Shown here in pieces: positions 46,271 through 55,641 of a DNA stretch of 64,000 nucleotides. The notes below the pieces were generated by a model. The model was given only the letters and a program-made list of their open reading frames with translations. It made no database searches and was not told the DNA's origin. Each line of letters begins with the position of its first letter. The stretch's first letter is position 1. Location: positions 409,092-473,091 of the forward strand of contig JANQMZ010000007.1 of the NCBI GenBank assembly GCA_028279805.1. Reading direction: 5' to 3'. This stretch comes from an archaeon (GTDB lineage Archaea; Iainarchaeota; Iainarchaeia; Iainarchaeales; JANQMZ01). The position numbers and the translations under genes are program-made.

Positions 46271-47233
46271 TTATTTAAGCGGTATGAAAGTTAGCTTTAT
46301 TTTTCCTTTTAATAATTTGTTAAAATACTTTATCGCGGCTGAGATTCTCTGACGGGGTGTTGCGTTTTGAATATGCGCAGATTGAAGAAATGATTCAGGG
46401 ATTGAATTAAGATGAACAGTATCAACATATTCTTCTTTTGTAATTCCCTCTAAAACTTCAATTCTTGTAACACCATACTCGTTTATATTTCCAAAATGAG
46501 CGATTCCAAATCTTTCATGAAACTCACCTGCGCTTACAATATCATTAGGGCTTGGGATTGCCACGGAGATAAAGCCAAAAAATTCAGCAAAAGATTCGCC
46601 ATATGTTTTAGTTAATCTGAGCATTTCTTTTACCTCTTCCATTCTACGAATTAGTCCTTGCCTTTCAGTTTGACTAGTTACACTGGACAAATCAGTTTCA
46701 TGTTTTCTAAAAATTTCATTAAGTTCTTTAGCCAGTTCACGCACAGTAGATGGTTCCTCAAAGCCTTTTGGATGTATATGATAAAGTCTTGCTTCATGTG
46801 ATTCTTCCAATATTAGCGAAGTTAATATGCTCATGTGAAGACTGGAATAATGAATGCGTCCTTTTTCTTCAGGCTCATTGTGACCCACCTCAAACCATTT
46901 TCCGGTTGCTGAGTCGAAAAACCATGCTTCTTCAACACCAAAAGGCATGTTTGACAATTCCTTCCAGATTAACCTTTCGCCTTTCAGAAGATCCGCATGA
47001 AAAATATGCCCGGTTGTATTATCAAAATTAACTCTGGGTCGTTCTTCAATAAAATATTCTCTTCCTCCAATATAATTGGAATGTTGAATCGAGGACTCAG
47101 ATTTTATAAAAGGCCTTATTGAAAAAAAACCAGCAAGCAAGCCACCAACAACAATTGCTGTTTTTTTAACATTTTTTGAAAAATTTAATTGCCTTTTTGG
47201 TCTTATTCTTCTTCCGGTAGATTTTCTTGTCAT
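46271..47233 (-). CDS. Membrane-anchored protein of unknown family, paralog B. It carries a JAMM-like 'HIHPKGFEEPS'.
   Basis: Shares blocks with paralog A: 'GERLIW', 'VEEAWF', 'GKW.EVG', 'LYH.H', 'PS.NDI' and 'KLTFIPL'. Confidence 0.5.
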   Translation of the reverse strand: MTRKSTGRRIRPKRQLNFSKNVKKTAIVVGGLLAGFFSIRPFIKSESSIQHSNYIGGREYFIEERPRVNFDNTTGHIFHADLLKGERLIWKELSNMPFGVEEAWFFDSATGKWFEVGHNEPEEKGRIHYSSLHMSILTSLILEESHEARLYHIHPKGFEEPSTVRELAKELNEIFRKHETDLSSVTSQTERQGLIRRMEEVKEMLRLTKTYGESFAEFFGFISVAIPSPNDIVSAGEFHERFGIAHFGNINEYGVTRIEVLEGITKEEYVDTVHLNSIPESFLQSAHIQNATPRQRISAAIKYFNKLLKGKIKLTFIPLK

Positions 47234-47281
47234 AAAAAAAAGAATTATTTCAAAATATTTAAGGATTATGATTTATTGTAA

Positions 47282-48214
47282 TTATAATAATGTTTTGACT
47301 TTTTCAGCCAAATGTTTTGCAGTGAAACCATATTTTTCAAACAATTCATCAGGTTTTCCGGATTCAGCAAAAGAATTATTCATGCCAATTCTTGCAAAAT
47401 TAACATTTAAATTTTTTTCAGCTAAAACCTCAGCAACAGCAGAGCCAAGGCCTCCATTAATCTGATGGTCTTCAGCTGTCAAAATTGCTTTTGTTTCCTT
47501 TGAAGCATTAACAACTGTTTTTTTATCCAGAGGTTTGATTGTGTGCATGTTTATTACACGCAGGGAAATGTTTTCTTTTTTTAATAATTCGGCTGCTTCT
47601 AAAGCAATTGAAACCATTACGCCACAGGCAATAATTGTTGCATCATTGCCATTTTTTAACACATTGGCTTTTCCGAATTCAAATTTATAATTGTCAGAAT
47701 GCAGAACAGGAACCTTGTTTCTGCCTGTTCTCAGATAACAAGGCTTGTCAAAATCCAGTAAAAATTCTGTTGCTTTTTCAGCTTCAACTGAATCACTTGC
47801 AACAATAACATTCATGTTTGGCAATGCCCTCATAATTGAAATGTCTTCAGTCATTTGTGCTGAAGGGCCGTCTTCACCAACATGAACACCTGAATGAGAG
47901 CCAACCAGTTTAACAGGAACATTTCCATAACAAATGCTTTGGCGAATTGGTTCAAATGCCCGTGATAAAAAAATTGCAAAAGTTGAAGCAAAAACTTTTT
48001 TTCCTGTTAAAGCTAAACCGACCGCTTCTCCTATCATTGCCTGTTCTGAAATGCCTGAATAAAAATGCCTTTCAGGGTCAACTTCTTTTGCCTTAATTGA
48101 TTTGGTGCTCATAGCCAGGTCAGCATCCAAAAAAACAACATTTGGGTCTTTTTTTGCAATATTTATTACGCCTCTGCCATAACCTTCCCTGATTGCTTCC
48201 ATTTTTGTTTCCAT
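47282..48214 (-). CDS. tktB: Transketolase, C-terminal subunit.
   Basis: 'GEDGPSAQMTEDISIMRALPNM'. Confidence 0.85.
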   Translation of the reverse strand: METKMEAIREGYGRGVINIAKKDPNVVFLDADLAMSTKSIKAKEVDPERHFYSGISEQAMIGEAVGLALTGKKVFASTFAIFLSRAFEPIRQSICYGNVPVKLVGSHSGVHVGEDGPSAQMTEDISIMRALPNMNVIVASDSVEAEKATEFLLDFDKPCYLRTGRNKVPVLHSDNYKFEFGKANVLKNGNDATIIACGVMVSIALEAAELLKKENISLRVINMHTIKPLDKKTVVNASKETKAILTAEDHQINGGLGSAVAEVLAEKNLNVNFARIGMNNSFAESGKPDELFEKYGFTAKHLAEKVKTLL

Positions 48215-49039
48215 TCATCCACCTAATTCTTTTAACGCTTTTTTTAATTGCTCTTCATCCAAGGCTTTTCCGTGCCACTGCGGGTCGTTTTCCATAAAGG
48301 AAACGCCTTTGCCTTTTATTGTGTTGGCAATAATTGCAAAAGGTTTATCGGAATTTGAAGCCTGTTCAAATGCTTCAAAAATTTCTTCAAAATTATGGCC
48401 GTCAATTTCAATAACATTCCAGTTAAATGATTTGATTTTTTCATCCAAGGGATCAATTTCCAATGTTTCCGCAACGTAACCATCATTCTGGCATTTGTTT
48501 CTGTCAATGATTGCAATTAAATTGTTTAATTTTTTAAAACCGGCAAACATAAAAGATTCCCAAATCATTCCTTCCTGCATTTCTCCGTCACCCAGCATTA
48601 CAAAAGTTTTGAATGATTTGTTGTCAAGTTTTGCCGATAAAGCCATTCCGCTTCCGATAGCCAAACCCTGGCCCAGAGAACCGAAAGACATTTCAATTCC
48701 TGGCGTTGTCCTGTGAACATGCCCTGAAAATCTTGAATTGGTTTGCCTGAACGAATTGATTAATTCTTCTTCGGGAAACAATCCCCGTTTTGATAAAACA
48801 GCGTACAAGCCCGGAGAACAATGTCCTTTGCTTAACAAAAACCTGTCCCTGTTTTCATCTTTTAAATTATCAGAATCCAAATTTAAAGTGTTAAAATATA
48901 GGGCTGTTAATAATTCGGTTGCACTCATTGAGCCTCCGGGGTGCCCTGAACCAGCTTTAGAAGTCATTTTAAGTATCAAAATGCGTATTTGCCTTGCCAA
49001 TTCTTTTAATTCTTCGGCATTTTCAGTTTTGTGTTTCAC
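48215..49039 (-). CDS. tktA: Transketolase, N-terminal (TPP-binding) subunit.
   Basis: 'GSGHPGGSMSATELLTALYF' and 'GSLGQGL'. Confidence 0.85.
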   Translation of the reverse strand: MKHKTENAEELKELARQIRILILKMTSKAGSGHPGGSMSATELLTALYFNTLNLDSDNLKDENRDRFLLSKGHCSPGLYAVLSKRGLFPEEELINSFRQTNSRFSGHVHRTTPGIEMSFGSLGQGLAIGSGMALSAKLDNKSFKTFVMLGDGEMQEGMIWESFMFAGFKKLNNLIAIIDRNKCQNDGYVAETLEIDPLDEKIKSFNWNVIEIDGHNFEEIFEAFEQASNSDKPFAIIANTIKGKGVSFMENDPQWHGKALDEEQLKKALKELGG

Positions 49040-49108
49040 AAGAATAACCCCTGAAAAAAGAAATATTGAAACGTTTTAAAAGCGTTATCAGGTTTGAATT
49101 AACACAAA

Positions 49109-49792
49109 TTGTTGGACAAATTTGTTTCCAAAAAGAAAATAAAATGTTGCACTTGTTCTGTGATAATGGTCAGAAAAAAAATTATTCAGAAATACAAAGA
49201 ATTGTATGAGGAAGGAAAGGACAGGGAAAATTCTTTGGGACAATATAGTGATTTTTTTTCAAACTTTTTTGAAAACATTTCCTTAAGAGAATTAATTGGG
49301 TGGATGGTTAAAGAAAAAAGCAAAATAAAAGTTTTGGACGTTGGTTGCGGCGATGCAGGATTTTTAAATGATTTGAAAAAACAGTTTGGTGAAAAAGTTT
49401 TTACAAGCGGAATTGATTTGATTGATTTTACAGGAACAGATGAAAAAATAATTGGAGATGCATTAAATGCAGAATGGCCTAAAGAATTTGACTTGATTGT
49501 TTCTTTCAGGACATTACATGAAATTGGCAATTCTGAAAAAATTTTAACAAAAGCACTTGACTCTTTGAAAAAAAACGGAATGGCTGTGTTAAGCTTCAGA
49601 ATGCAGGAATTTGTAAACGGGCAGCTTGATTTTCTGGGTGAAATGAAGCAAGGGGATGCAAGGTTTTTGCAGCAGATTGGCGAAAGAGCTTATTTTAAAA
49701 AAGCACAGATTGAAAGCGTTGAATCGTTCAAAAAAGAAAAAGGCATAAAATTTTTGAACGGAGTAACACTCATAATGGAAAAAACAGGTTAA
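49109..49792 (+). CDS. Class I SAM-dependent methyltransferase.
   Basis: 'VLDVGCGDAGFLNDL'. Confidence 0.6.
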   Translation: MLDKFVSKKKIKCCTCSVIMVRKKIIQKYKELYEEGKDRENSLGQYSDFFSNFFENISLRELIGWMVKEKSKIKVLDVGCGDAGFLNDLKKQFGEKVFTSGIDLIDFTGTDEKIIGDALNAEWPKEFDLIVSFRTLHEIGNSEKILTKALDSLKKNGMAVLSFRMQEFVNGQLDFLGEMKQGDARFLQQIGERAYFKKAQIESVESFKKEKGIKFLNGVTLIMEKTG

Positions 49793-49810
49793 AAACTCAA
49801 AGTAAACCTT

Positions 49811-49857
49811 TATATATCAGTTTGGATTCCATAGTATAAACTGATATATATCAGTTT
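49811..49857. promoter_or_regulatory. Half-site TATATATCAGTTT followed by a perfect 20-bp palindrome AAACTGATATATATCAGTTT (49838-49857).
   Basis: Read directly from the sequence. TATA-like cores. Lies upstream of the 49913 gene. Confidence 0.45.
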
Positions 49858-49912
49858 ATCAATCTTGTAATCAGAGGCTTAAAAGCTTCGAATACTGTCG
49901 CAGGGGCGATTT

Positions 49913-50326
49913 TTGATGAGTTTGATTTCCTTAACATTCGGAACAGAACAATATCCTGGTTTGAACGCAAAAGGCTCAAATACAAGCGTTACAAAGCCAA
50001 ATGAAGTTAATTTTAAGGGAAAAAAAGGGGTTTTTGAGGTTAAAAAAGTTGACAAATTTTTCGGAACAAAGGAAATTTGCCTGATGGGCAAACTTGTTGA
50101 AGGGGTTGTCGGGCCCGGAATGCAGGCAGAAATTGGTGACAAAAAAATAAAAATTGAAACAGTTGAATCAAAGTATGGTGAAAGGCCTGTTCACAGGGAA
50201 GGAACAAATGCTTTGATAATGGTTGGCGGGGCAGAACATTCGGATTTTGAAGGAAACGAAACAATTGAATTCAAAAAAGAGTACGCTGTAAAAATCAGAA
50301 AAAAAGGAAAAGTGATAATTTGCTGA
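49913..50326 (+). CDS. Stand-alone EF-Tu/aEF1A domain-2-like beta-barrel protein.
   Basis: 'GKLVEGVVGPGMQAEIGDKKIKIETVE...ALIMVGG' fits the domain-2 pattern. The true start may be the internal Met. Confidence 0.35.
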   Translation: MMSLISLTFGTEQYPGLNAKGSNTSVTKPNEVNFKGKKGVFEVKKVDKFFGTKEICLMGKLVEGVVGPGMQAEIGDKKIKIETVESKYGERPVHREGTNALIMVGGAEHSDFEGNETIEFKKEYAVKIRKKGKVIIC

Positions 50327-50375
50327 CTTTGATTCTGTTTAAAAATATTCACATTCTTATTTTACTAATCGATAT

Positions 50376-50693
50376 TTGGTTGGTGAAAAAATAGCGGAAA
50401 TAGACAAGCTTACTGGTTTGCCGAAAGAATTGCTTGATGCGACAGAAATTTCAAAACAACAGGAAAAAATTAAAATTCGTGTTGTAAAAAGACGTTTTGG
50501 AAAACTTGTTACAACGGTTTCAGGTTTTGAATCAAAAGACGAAGCAAAAAGGCTTGGAAAAGAACTGAAAAGGAAATTAGCCTGCGGCGGAACATCAAAA
50601 GGAACGGAAATTGAACTGCAGGGAGAACACGGTGAAGCGGTTAAAGCAACTCTTTTGAAAAATGGTTATACTGAAGAACAAATTGATTTATAA
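50376..50693 (+). CDS. sui1: Translation initiation factor SUI1 (aSUI1/eIF1).
   Basis: 'KIRVVKRRFGKLVTTVSGF...LACGGTSKG'. Confidence 0.8.
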   Translation: MVGEKIAEIDKLTGLPKELLDATEISKQQEKIKIRVVKRRFGKLVTTVSGFESKDEAKRLGKELKRKLACGGTSKGTEIELQGEHGEAVKATLLKNGYTEEQIDL

Positions 50694-51302
50694 TTTTTTG
50701 ATTTGCATTTGTTTTACAGCATCATTAATTATTTTTTCATAATTTAATTTTTTTTCTTCATTTAACATTTCTTCATGTGAAGATTTTGTTGCAGGATGTT
50801 TTGGCCCTAAAAAATCACAAGTTTCAGGCCCTGTGGAAATTTGTAACGTGTTAATTTGTTGAGCCAGATTAACCGTTTCCATTTTATCAAAAGATAATAA
50901 AGGGCGGATGATTGGAATTTTTACTGCCCGGGTAATTGTTGTTAAGTTTGACAAAGTCTGGCTTGACACTTGCCCCAAATTTTCTCCTGAAATTAAAAAA
51001 GAAAAATTTTGTTTTTGTGCAATTTTTTCTGCAACTCTGAACATTAAACGTTTTGTTAAAACAAAATAATATTTGTGTTCACATTTTTTTACAATTTCTT
51101 TAAAGCCTTGACTTAAATCAACCAGAAATAATTGTTTCAGATTAAGCTTTTTTGCCAGTTTTAACGCTTTTTCTTCTGATTGGGGGCCTAAAAATTTTAC
51201 CGCCGAAAAATGCAGTGCTGCAACAGGTGTTTGTTCTGCAGCAATATGCCCGGCGACAGGACTGTCAATGCCTCCCGATAATAACAATAAGCCTTTTTCC
51301 AT
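50688..51302 (-). CDS. PP-loop ATP pyrophosphatase (ThiI/QueC-like adenylyltransferase domain).
   Basis: 'LLLSGGIDSPVAG' SGGxDS motif. Confidence 0.5.
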   Translation of the reverse strand: MEKGLLLLSGGIDSPVAGHIAAEQTPVAALHFSAVKFLGPQSEEKALKLAKKLNLKQLFLVDLSQGFKEIVKKCEHKYYFVLTKRLMFRVAEKIAQKQNFSFLISGENLGQVSSQTLSNLTTITRAVKIPIIRPLLSFDKMETVNLAQQINTLQISTGPETCDFLGPKHPATKSSHEEMLNEEKKLNYEKIINDAVKQMQIKKL

Positions 51303-51307
51303 AATCT

Positions 51308-52384
51308 TTATTTTTCCAGATGAATTGTCTGGGTCGGATAAGCAAATTCTAATTTTGATTTTTCAAATTCTTTTTTAATTTCAAAATTAATCTCACTTAT
51401 AACATCAAACTTGTTATCCAGATCTGTCACATAATAAATAAAAGTGATGTCCAAAGATGAATCGCCAAAACCTGAAAAGCGCGCATAAGAATCATTATCA
51501 ACGCCTTTATGTTTTTTTGCAATGCTTTTTAAAATCTGCAAAGCTTTTTCCATTTGCTTTGTGCTTGTGGAATAAACCAAGCCTAGTTTTGTTTTGACTC
51601 TTTTTTCCGGTTCGGATGAAATGTTTTTAATTATGGCATTTGCCAGTTTTGAATTTGGAACAACAATTAATCTTTTGTCAAAATCCTTAATGCGCGTATA
51701 ACGCAGGCCAATTTCCTTAACTGTTCCCATTACGCCGGCTGCTTCAATTATATCCCCAACAACAAAAGGTCTTGAAGTGAATAAGCTTAAACCGCCGAAT
51801 GCATCAGCAATGGTTTCTTTTGCCGCAAAAGCAAATGCCAAACCTCCAATACCAAGTCCTGCTATAACCGCGGTTAAATCATAACCGAATGAAGAAAAAA
51901 TTACAACCAATGCCAGTACAATTACAATTGCTTTTGAAACTTTTGTTAAAATTGGAATTAACTGGTCATCAAGTTTTGAATCAGTTTTTTCTGTTAAAGG
52001 AACAACAAAAGCTTTGATTAGTTTGTCAATTCCCGCGACCAATGAAAGTGTTATGACAACAATTAAAATAACATTTAAAAGATTTAAAAAAATTGAATCA
52101 ATTTCAGGTGAAAATGTTAAAAACTGGTAACCAAAAAATGCAAAAATTAAAATAACAAGAACAGGAATAGGCTTTTCAACAATTTCCAGTAAAATATCAT
52201 CAATTTCAGATTTTGTTTTGGCTGTTAATCTTTTGAGAATGTTATCAATAATAAAAACAGCAACTTTTCCCAGAATAAAACCAATCGCAATGAAAACCAA
52301 AAACACAAAATATTGTTCCAAAGTGTTTCCAAAATACAACTGATTAAAACCGGGAAAATCAGGCAAATCAAACATGTTAAACAA
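51308..52384 (-). CDS. Mechanosensitive ion channel, MscS family.
   Basis: 'GDIIEAAGVMGTVKEIGLRYTRIKDFDKRLIVVPNSKL'. Confidence 0.8.
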   Translation of the reverse strand: MFNMFDLPDFPGFNQLYFGNTLEQYFVFLVFIAIGFILGKVAVFIIDNILKRLTAKTKSEIDDILLEIVEKPIPVLVILIFAFFGYQFLTFSPEIDSIFLNLLNVILIVVITLSLVAGIDKLIKAFVVPLTEKTDSKLDDQLIPILTKVSKAIVIVLALVVIFSSFGYDLTAVIAGLGIGGLAFAFAAKETIADAFGGLSLFTSRPFVVGDIIEAAGVMGTVKEIGLRYTRIKDFDKRLIVVPNSKLANAIIKNISSEPEKRVKTKLGLVYSTSTKQMEKALQILKSIAKKHKGVDNDSYARFSGFGDSSLDITFIYYVTDLDNKFDVISEINFEIKKEFEKSKLEFAYPTQTIHLEK

Positions 52385-52480
52385 ACTGACTTAAAAAAGT
52401 TTAAAAATAGAGTTATAACGAAAAAAATAAAAATAATAAGAACTAAATAATATTAAAAAGTTAAAACACGGGGGTTTTAA

Positions 52481-53134
52481 ATGAGGCAAAAAAGGGTTTT
52501 AGCGTTATTGGCATTAATTTTAATAAGTACGATTTTTCCAACAGGAACTGCATTAAATTTTTGGGAAAATGATATTCCTGAGAATCCGGGTTTGCCGGTG
52601 CCAATGAGTGTTGAAAACCATTATCCAGATAATCTGATTCCAGAAAACCCAGGACTGCCTGAATTGCTTAACTCTGACGTTGATCTTGAACATTGTGATG
52701 CGCTGGAAAGAGGAAGAGACAAGTTAATATGTCTAATAAGAGAAGAGGCGTGGAAAGAATATCACGAAAAAGTGGAAGAATGCAGTAAAATAGAGGATGA
52801 AGACGAAAAACAAAATTGTTTGGATGATGCCAGAACAGATCTTCTTTACGGTCTTGGCATGGCGGCTTGTTTTGAAAAGTCTGGTGATGAAGGTCAAAAA
52901 TGCAGAGACCGGGTAGAAAAAGAATATCAGGCTGAAAAAAACTATAACAACGCAAAAGCGGGGTGCAGGGCAAAATATGAAAAAGGTTCAGAGGAAAGAA
53001 AACAATGCCTGTTGAAAGCAAGAAATGATTATGTCTATGCAAAAGCAATTATTGAATGTGAAGACAAATATTCTGAAAATCGGGAAAAATTAGAAGAATG
53101 TAAGGATGCTGCACGGGACAGATGGCTAAGTTAA
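52481..53134 (+). CDS. Secreted protein with two 'NLIPENPGLP' repeats and a Cys-rich repeat domain.
   Basis: Signal peptide. 'IPENPGLP' occurs twice. Repeated modules follow the pattern 'C..(A)...Y' and hold about 10 Cys. Confidence 0.5.
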   Translation: MRQKRVLALLALILISTIFPTGTALNFWENDIPENPGLPVPMSVENHYPDNLIPENPGLPELLNSDVDLEHCDALERGRDKLICLIREEAWKEYHEKVEECSKIEDEDEKQNCLDDARTDLLYGLGMAACFEKSGDEGQKCRDRVEKEYQAEKNYNNAKAGCRAKYEKGSEERKQCLLKARNDYVYAKAIIECEDKYSENREKLEECKDAARDRWLS

Positions 53135-53166
53135 TAATTTTAAAATTATATTAAAAAAAGGAGGAA

Positions 53167-53667
53167 TTGTTAATGAAACGAAAAGGAGTTTTGGCAGCAT
53201 TTTTAATGCTTATTTTCATAAGCTCATTTTTTATAACAGGAAACGCGTCCTTAACTGTCGGAAAAACAAAAAACATTGACTTTGAAGACAATTTGATTCC
53301 GGAGAATCCCCAGTTACCACAACTGCTTAACACATCAAACGGCTTGGTAATAGACATTGAGGATAATTTAATTCCCGAAAATCCAGGGCAACCACAAGTG
53401 TTGGATCAGAATTATACTCCGTCACAACAAAAAATTCTTAATGAATATCTTAGAAAAAAAGCAGCTTGTAAAAAAATAAAAGACGAGGACAAAAGAGAAA
53501 GATGCATTTATGAAGCAAATATGTGGTTCGCTTACAAGATGGAAGTAGACAGCTGCAAGGTAAGATTCAAACACGATGCTGAAAAAAGACAGCAATGCAT
53601 TGACAAAGCAAAAAGAGACTATGAAAGATGCCTGGAAAGTCATAAAGGCTGTCCCTGGGCAGGATAA
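53167..53667 (+). CDS. Secreted paralog of 52481 ('NLIPENPQLP' / 'NLIPENPGQP' repeats plus a Cys-rich domain).
   Basis: Shared repeat motif and cysteine pattern with 52481. SD 'AAGGAGGAA'. Confidence 0.5.
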   Translation: MLMKRKGVLAAFLMLIFISSFFITGNASLTVGKTKNIDFEDNLIPENPQLPQLLNTSNGLVIDIEDNLIPENPGQPQVLDQNYTPSQQKILNEYLRKKAACKKIKDEDKRERCIYEANMWFAYKMEVDSCKVRFKHDAEKRQQCIDKAKRDYERCLESHKGCPWAG

Positions 53668-53941
53668 CAAAAAAATTTAATGAAAAGCAGCCGGTTTAAA
53701 AAAAAACTGGTTTTGCTTTTTTCTATTTTTTTTTATTTTTCTTATTTTTTTCCCTGATTTTAAAGAAAAAAGGCGTTTTAGCAAGCTTTAAATTACTTTT
53801 GTTTGAAAATTATTAGGTTATACTCTTTTAGAGTGGGGTCTGTCGTTTTTATAATATTTTTCAAGAGCAATGGCTGTAAAAAAGCTGAAAAATGACGATA
53901 CAGACGCCTGTGGCTAAAATGGTCAGAATGAGGGTTGTATT

Positions 53942-54172
53942 GTGGCATTAAAAGTTGAAGAGCATTTTTTGGTTCCAAAGCACACTATTTTACATCAAGA
54001 GGATGCTGAAAAAATTCTTCAACAACTCGGCTCCAAATTAATTCATTTGCCAAAAATCAAAAAAAATGACCCTGCGATTAAAAGTTTTAAAGCTAAAAAA
54101 GGAAGCGTTGTAAGAATTGAAAGAATAAGTAAAACTGCCGGCGAGTCAACTTATTACAGGAGAGTGGTTTAA
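53942..54172 (+). CDS. rpoH: DNA-directed RNA polymerase subunit H (Rpb5-like).
   Basis: 'LVPKHTILHQEDAEKIL' and 'KGSVVRIERISKTAGESTYYRRVV'. GTG start. Confidence 0.85.
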   Translation: MALKVEEHFLVPKHTILHQEDAEKILQQLGSKLIHLPKIKKNDPAIKSFKAKKGSVVRIERISKTAGESTYYRRVV

Positions 54173-55636
54173 ATGGAAAAATGGCCATTAATTAAATCAT
54201 ATTTTGACCAGGCATCATTTGTTGACCAGGAAATAGCATCATTTAACCAGTTTGTTGATGAAAAATTACCGGAAATTGTTAAAGAAAATGATACAGTTAT
54301 TCCAAAAATTGAAGAAGTTAAAATTGAATTATCTGACATTGAAGTTTTAAAACCAAGAATTGTTGAGGCTGACGGTTCGCCAAGAACAGATTTTTATCCA
54401 ATGGAAGCACGAATAAGAAACAGAACTTATTCCGGGCCAATTTTTATTACAATGAAAATGTTAAGGCGAAATGTTGAACAGGATGTAAGGAGAGCATACA
54501 TTGGTGAGTTACCAATCATGCTGAAAAGTAATCGTTGTTGGCTAAACGGAAAAAATGCTGAAGAATTAATTGAAATGGGAGAAGACCCGATGGATTTTGG
54601 CGGTTATTTTGTTGTAAACGGTTCTGAAAAAGCTTTGATGACACAGGAAGTTTTGTCTTCAGACAGAGTTTTAATTTCAACTTCAGCCACAGAAGATGTT
54701 ATTTCGGAAGTTATCAGTACAAAAGGAGCTTTTAAGGGCAGAGTCAGAGTTATCAGAAAAAAAGATGGTTCCTTTGATGTAAAGTTTCCAAGCTCTCCCA
54801 GAAAGCTGAGCCTGTTTACATTGTTAAAAGCTTTGGGTTTGGAATCACAAAAACAAATAATGGATGCTTTTCCGGATGACAAAATTGTGAAAAACGATTT
54901 GTTACTGAACTGGGAAGAACTGGATGTAAAAAAACAGGAAGAAGCTTTGGACAAAATTGGCAAAAGTGTTGCACCCGGCCAGATAATTGATTATCGATTA
55001 AAAAGAGCACAGGAAGTAATTGACGGGTTTTTGTTGCCGCATATTGGCCAGGATAAAGAGGATAGAATTGCAAAAGCACATTATTTGGTGATGATGGCAA
55101 CCAAAAGCATTGAACAGGCATACGATTTGAGAGATGAAGATGACAAAGACCATTATGCAAACAAAAGACTGGAATTGTCAGGAAAATTAATGGAACATTT
55201 GTTCAGATATGCATTCAAATATTTTGCAAAAGACTTAAAGTTTCAGATTGACAGAACAATTACAAGAAGAAGAAAACTGAATATTAGTACAGTAGTAAGG
55301 CCTGATGCCATTACTGAAAGGATAAGGTTTGCAATGGCAACAGGAAACTGGATTGGAAGGGCAACAGGCGTATCAAAATTTATGGACAGGGTTAATTATT
55401 TAAGTCCTTTAACTGACATCAGAAAAGTTAAAAGTCCTTTAAACAAAAACCGTGAACTGTATGAAGCAAGAGATGTTCACGGAACACATTGGGGCAGGTT
55501 AGGACCAATTGAAACTCCTGACGGACCGCAATGTGGCTTGGTTAAAAATTTGTCATTATTGGCAAAAGTTACAACAGATGCAAGTGAAAAAAATGTTGAA
55601 AAAATTTTGGAAAAACAGGGAGTAAAACTGGAGTGA
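54173..55636 (+). CDS. rpoB2: DNA-directed RNA polymerase subunit B'' (N-terminal half of Rpb2).
   Basis: Position and sequence conservation. Confidence 0.9.
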   Translation: MEKWPLIKSYFDQASFVDQEIASFNQFVDEKLPEIVKENDTVIPKIEEVKIELSDIEVLKPRIVEADGSPRTDFYPMEARIRNRTYSGPIFITMKMLRRNVEQDVRRAYIGELPIMLKSNRCWLNGKNAEELIEMGEDPMDFGGYFVVNGSEKALMTQEVLSSDRVLISTSATEDVISEVISTKGAFKGRVRVIRKKDGSFDVKFPSSPRKLSLFTLLKALGLESQKQIMDAFPDDKIVKNDLLLNWEELDVKKQEEALDKIGKSVAPGQIIDYRLKRAQEVIDGFLLPHIGQDKEDRIAKAHYLVMMATKSIEQAYDLRDEDDKDHYANKRLELSGKLMEHLFRYAFKYFAKDLKFQIDRTITRRRKLNISTVVRPDAITERIRFAMATGNWIGRATGVSKFMDRVNYLSPLTDIRKVKSPLNKNRELYEARDVHGTHWGRLGPIETPDGPQCGLVKNLSLLAKVTTDASEKNVEKILEKQGVKLE

Positions 55637-55641
55637 GTTAA

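Noticed and set aside
44875-47233. Calling the paralog pair bona fide JAMM/MPN+ metalloproteases.
   Set aside because: Only paralog B approximates HxHPx5PS. The expected Asp is replaced and the upstream Glu assignment is uncertain. Kept as an unknown family with a JAMM-like hint.
53668-53941. Possible ncRNA or tRNA in the 270-bp gap upstream of rpoH (partial inverted repeat GTCTGTCG...CGATACAGAC).
   Set aside because: I could not fold a cloverleaf or any conserved RNA motif. More likely it is a T-rich terminator region (53700-53760) followed by the rpo operon promoter (TTTATAAT near 53848).
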